Of a DNA stretch of 64,000 nt, positions 63,986 through 64,000 are shown in pieces. The translations under genes and the position numbers were made by a program. This stretch comes from Camelus dromedarius. Lineage: Eukaryota. The notes below the pieces were generated by a model. It had not been told where the DNA came from. It made no database searches and saw only the letters and a list, made by a program, of their open reading frames with translations. Every line of letters begins with the position of its first letter. Position 1 is the first letter of the stretch. Location of the stretch: contig NC_087447.1 in assembly GCF_036321535.1 (NCBI RefSeq), positions 37,388,001 through 37,452,000 of the forward strand. The letters are read 5' to 3'.

Positions 63986-64000
63986 GCCACAACATTGCCT

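Overview
Placental-mammal genomic DNA, non-coding and repeat-rich. It is either intergenic or deep intronic, and I cannot support any intact protein-coding exon, RNA gene or CpG island. Much of the window is recognisable transposon debris: old L1M blocks (about 1-5.7 kb, 17.4-20.1 kb, 25.4-31.1 kb), several younger 5'-truncated L1 3' ends (three with visible target-site duplications), many L2 and MIR fragments, MaLR/ERVL/ERV1 solo LTRs and hAT MITEs (MER5, MER81). I saw no Alu, B1/B2, Bov-tA/BovB, PRE-1, Can-SINE or ERE elements. With the cetartiodactyl-type L1 3'UTRs, this suggests a camelid-like genome (inference). The one gene-derived sequence is a 5'-truncated processed pseudogene of ERH (24171-24729), inserted in a nested L2 cluster. 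Other notable items are a twin-primed 5'-inverted L1, one L1 position that has produced two microsatellites and an inversion breakpoint, a palindromic CTCF-like site, several repeat-free motif-dense candidate enhancers, and a + strand bias of L1/LTR elements that hints at a host transcript on the - strand. I found no evidence of a novel biological system. Repeat family names come from my recall of consensus sequences, and boundaries of old repeats are approximate.
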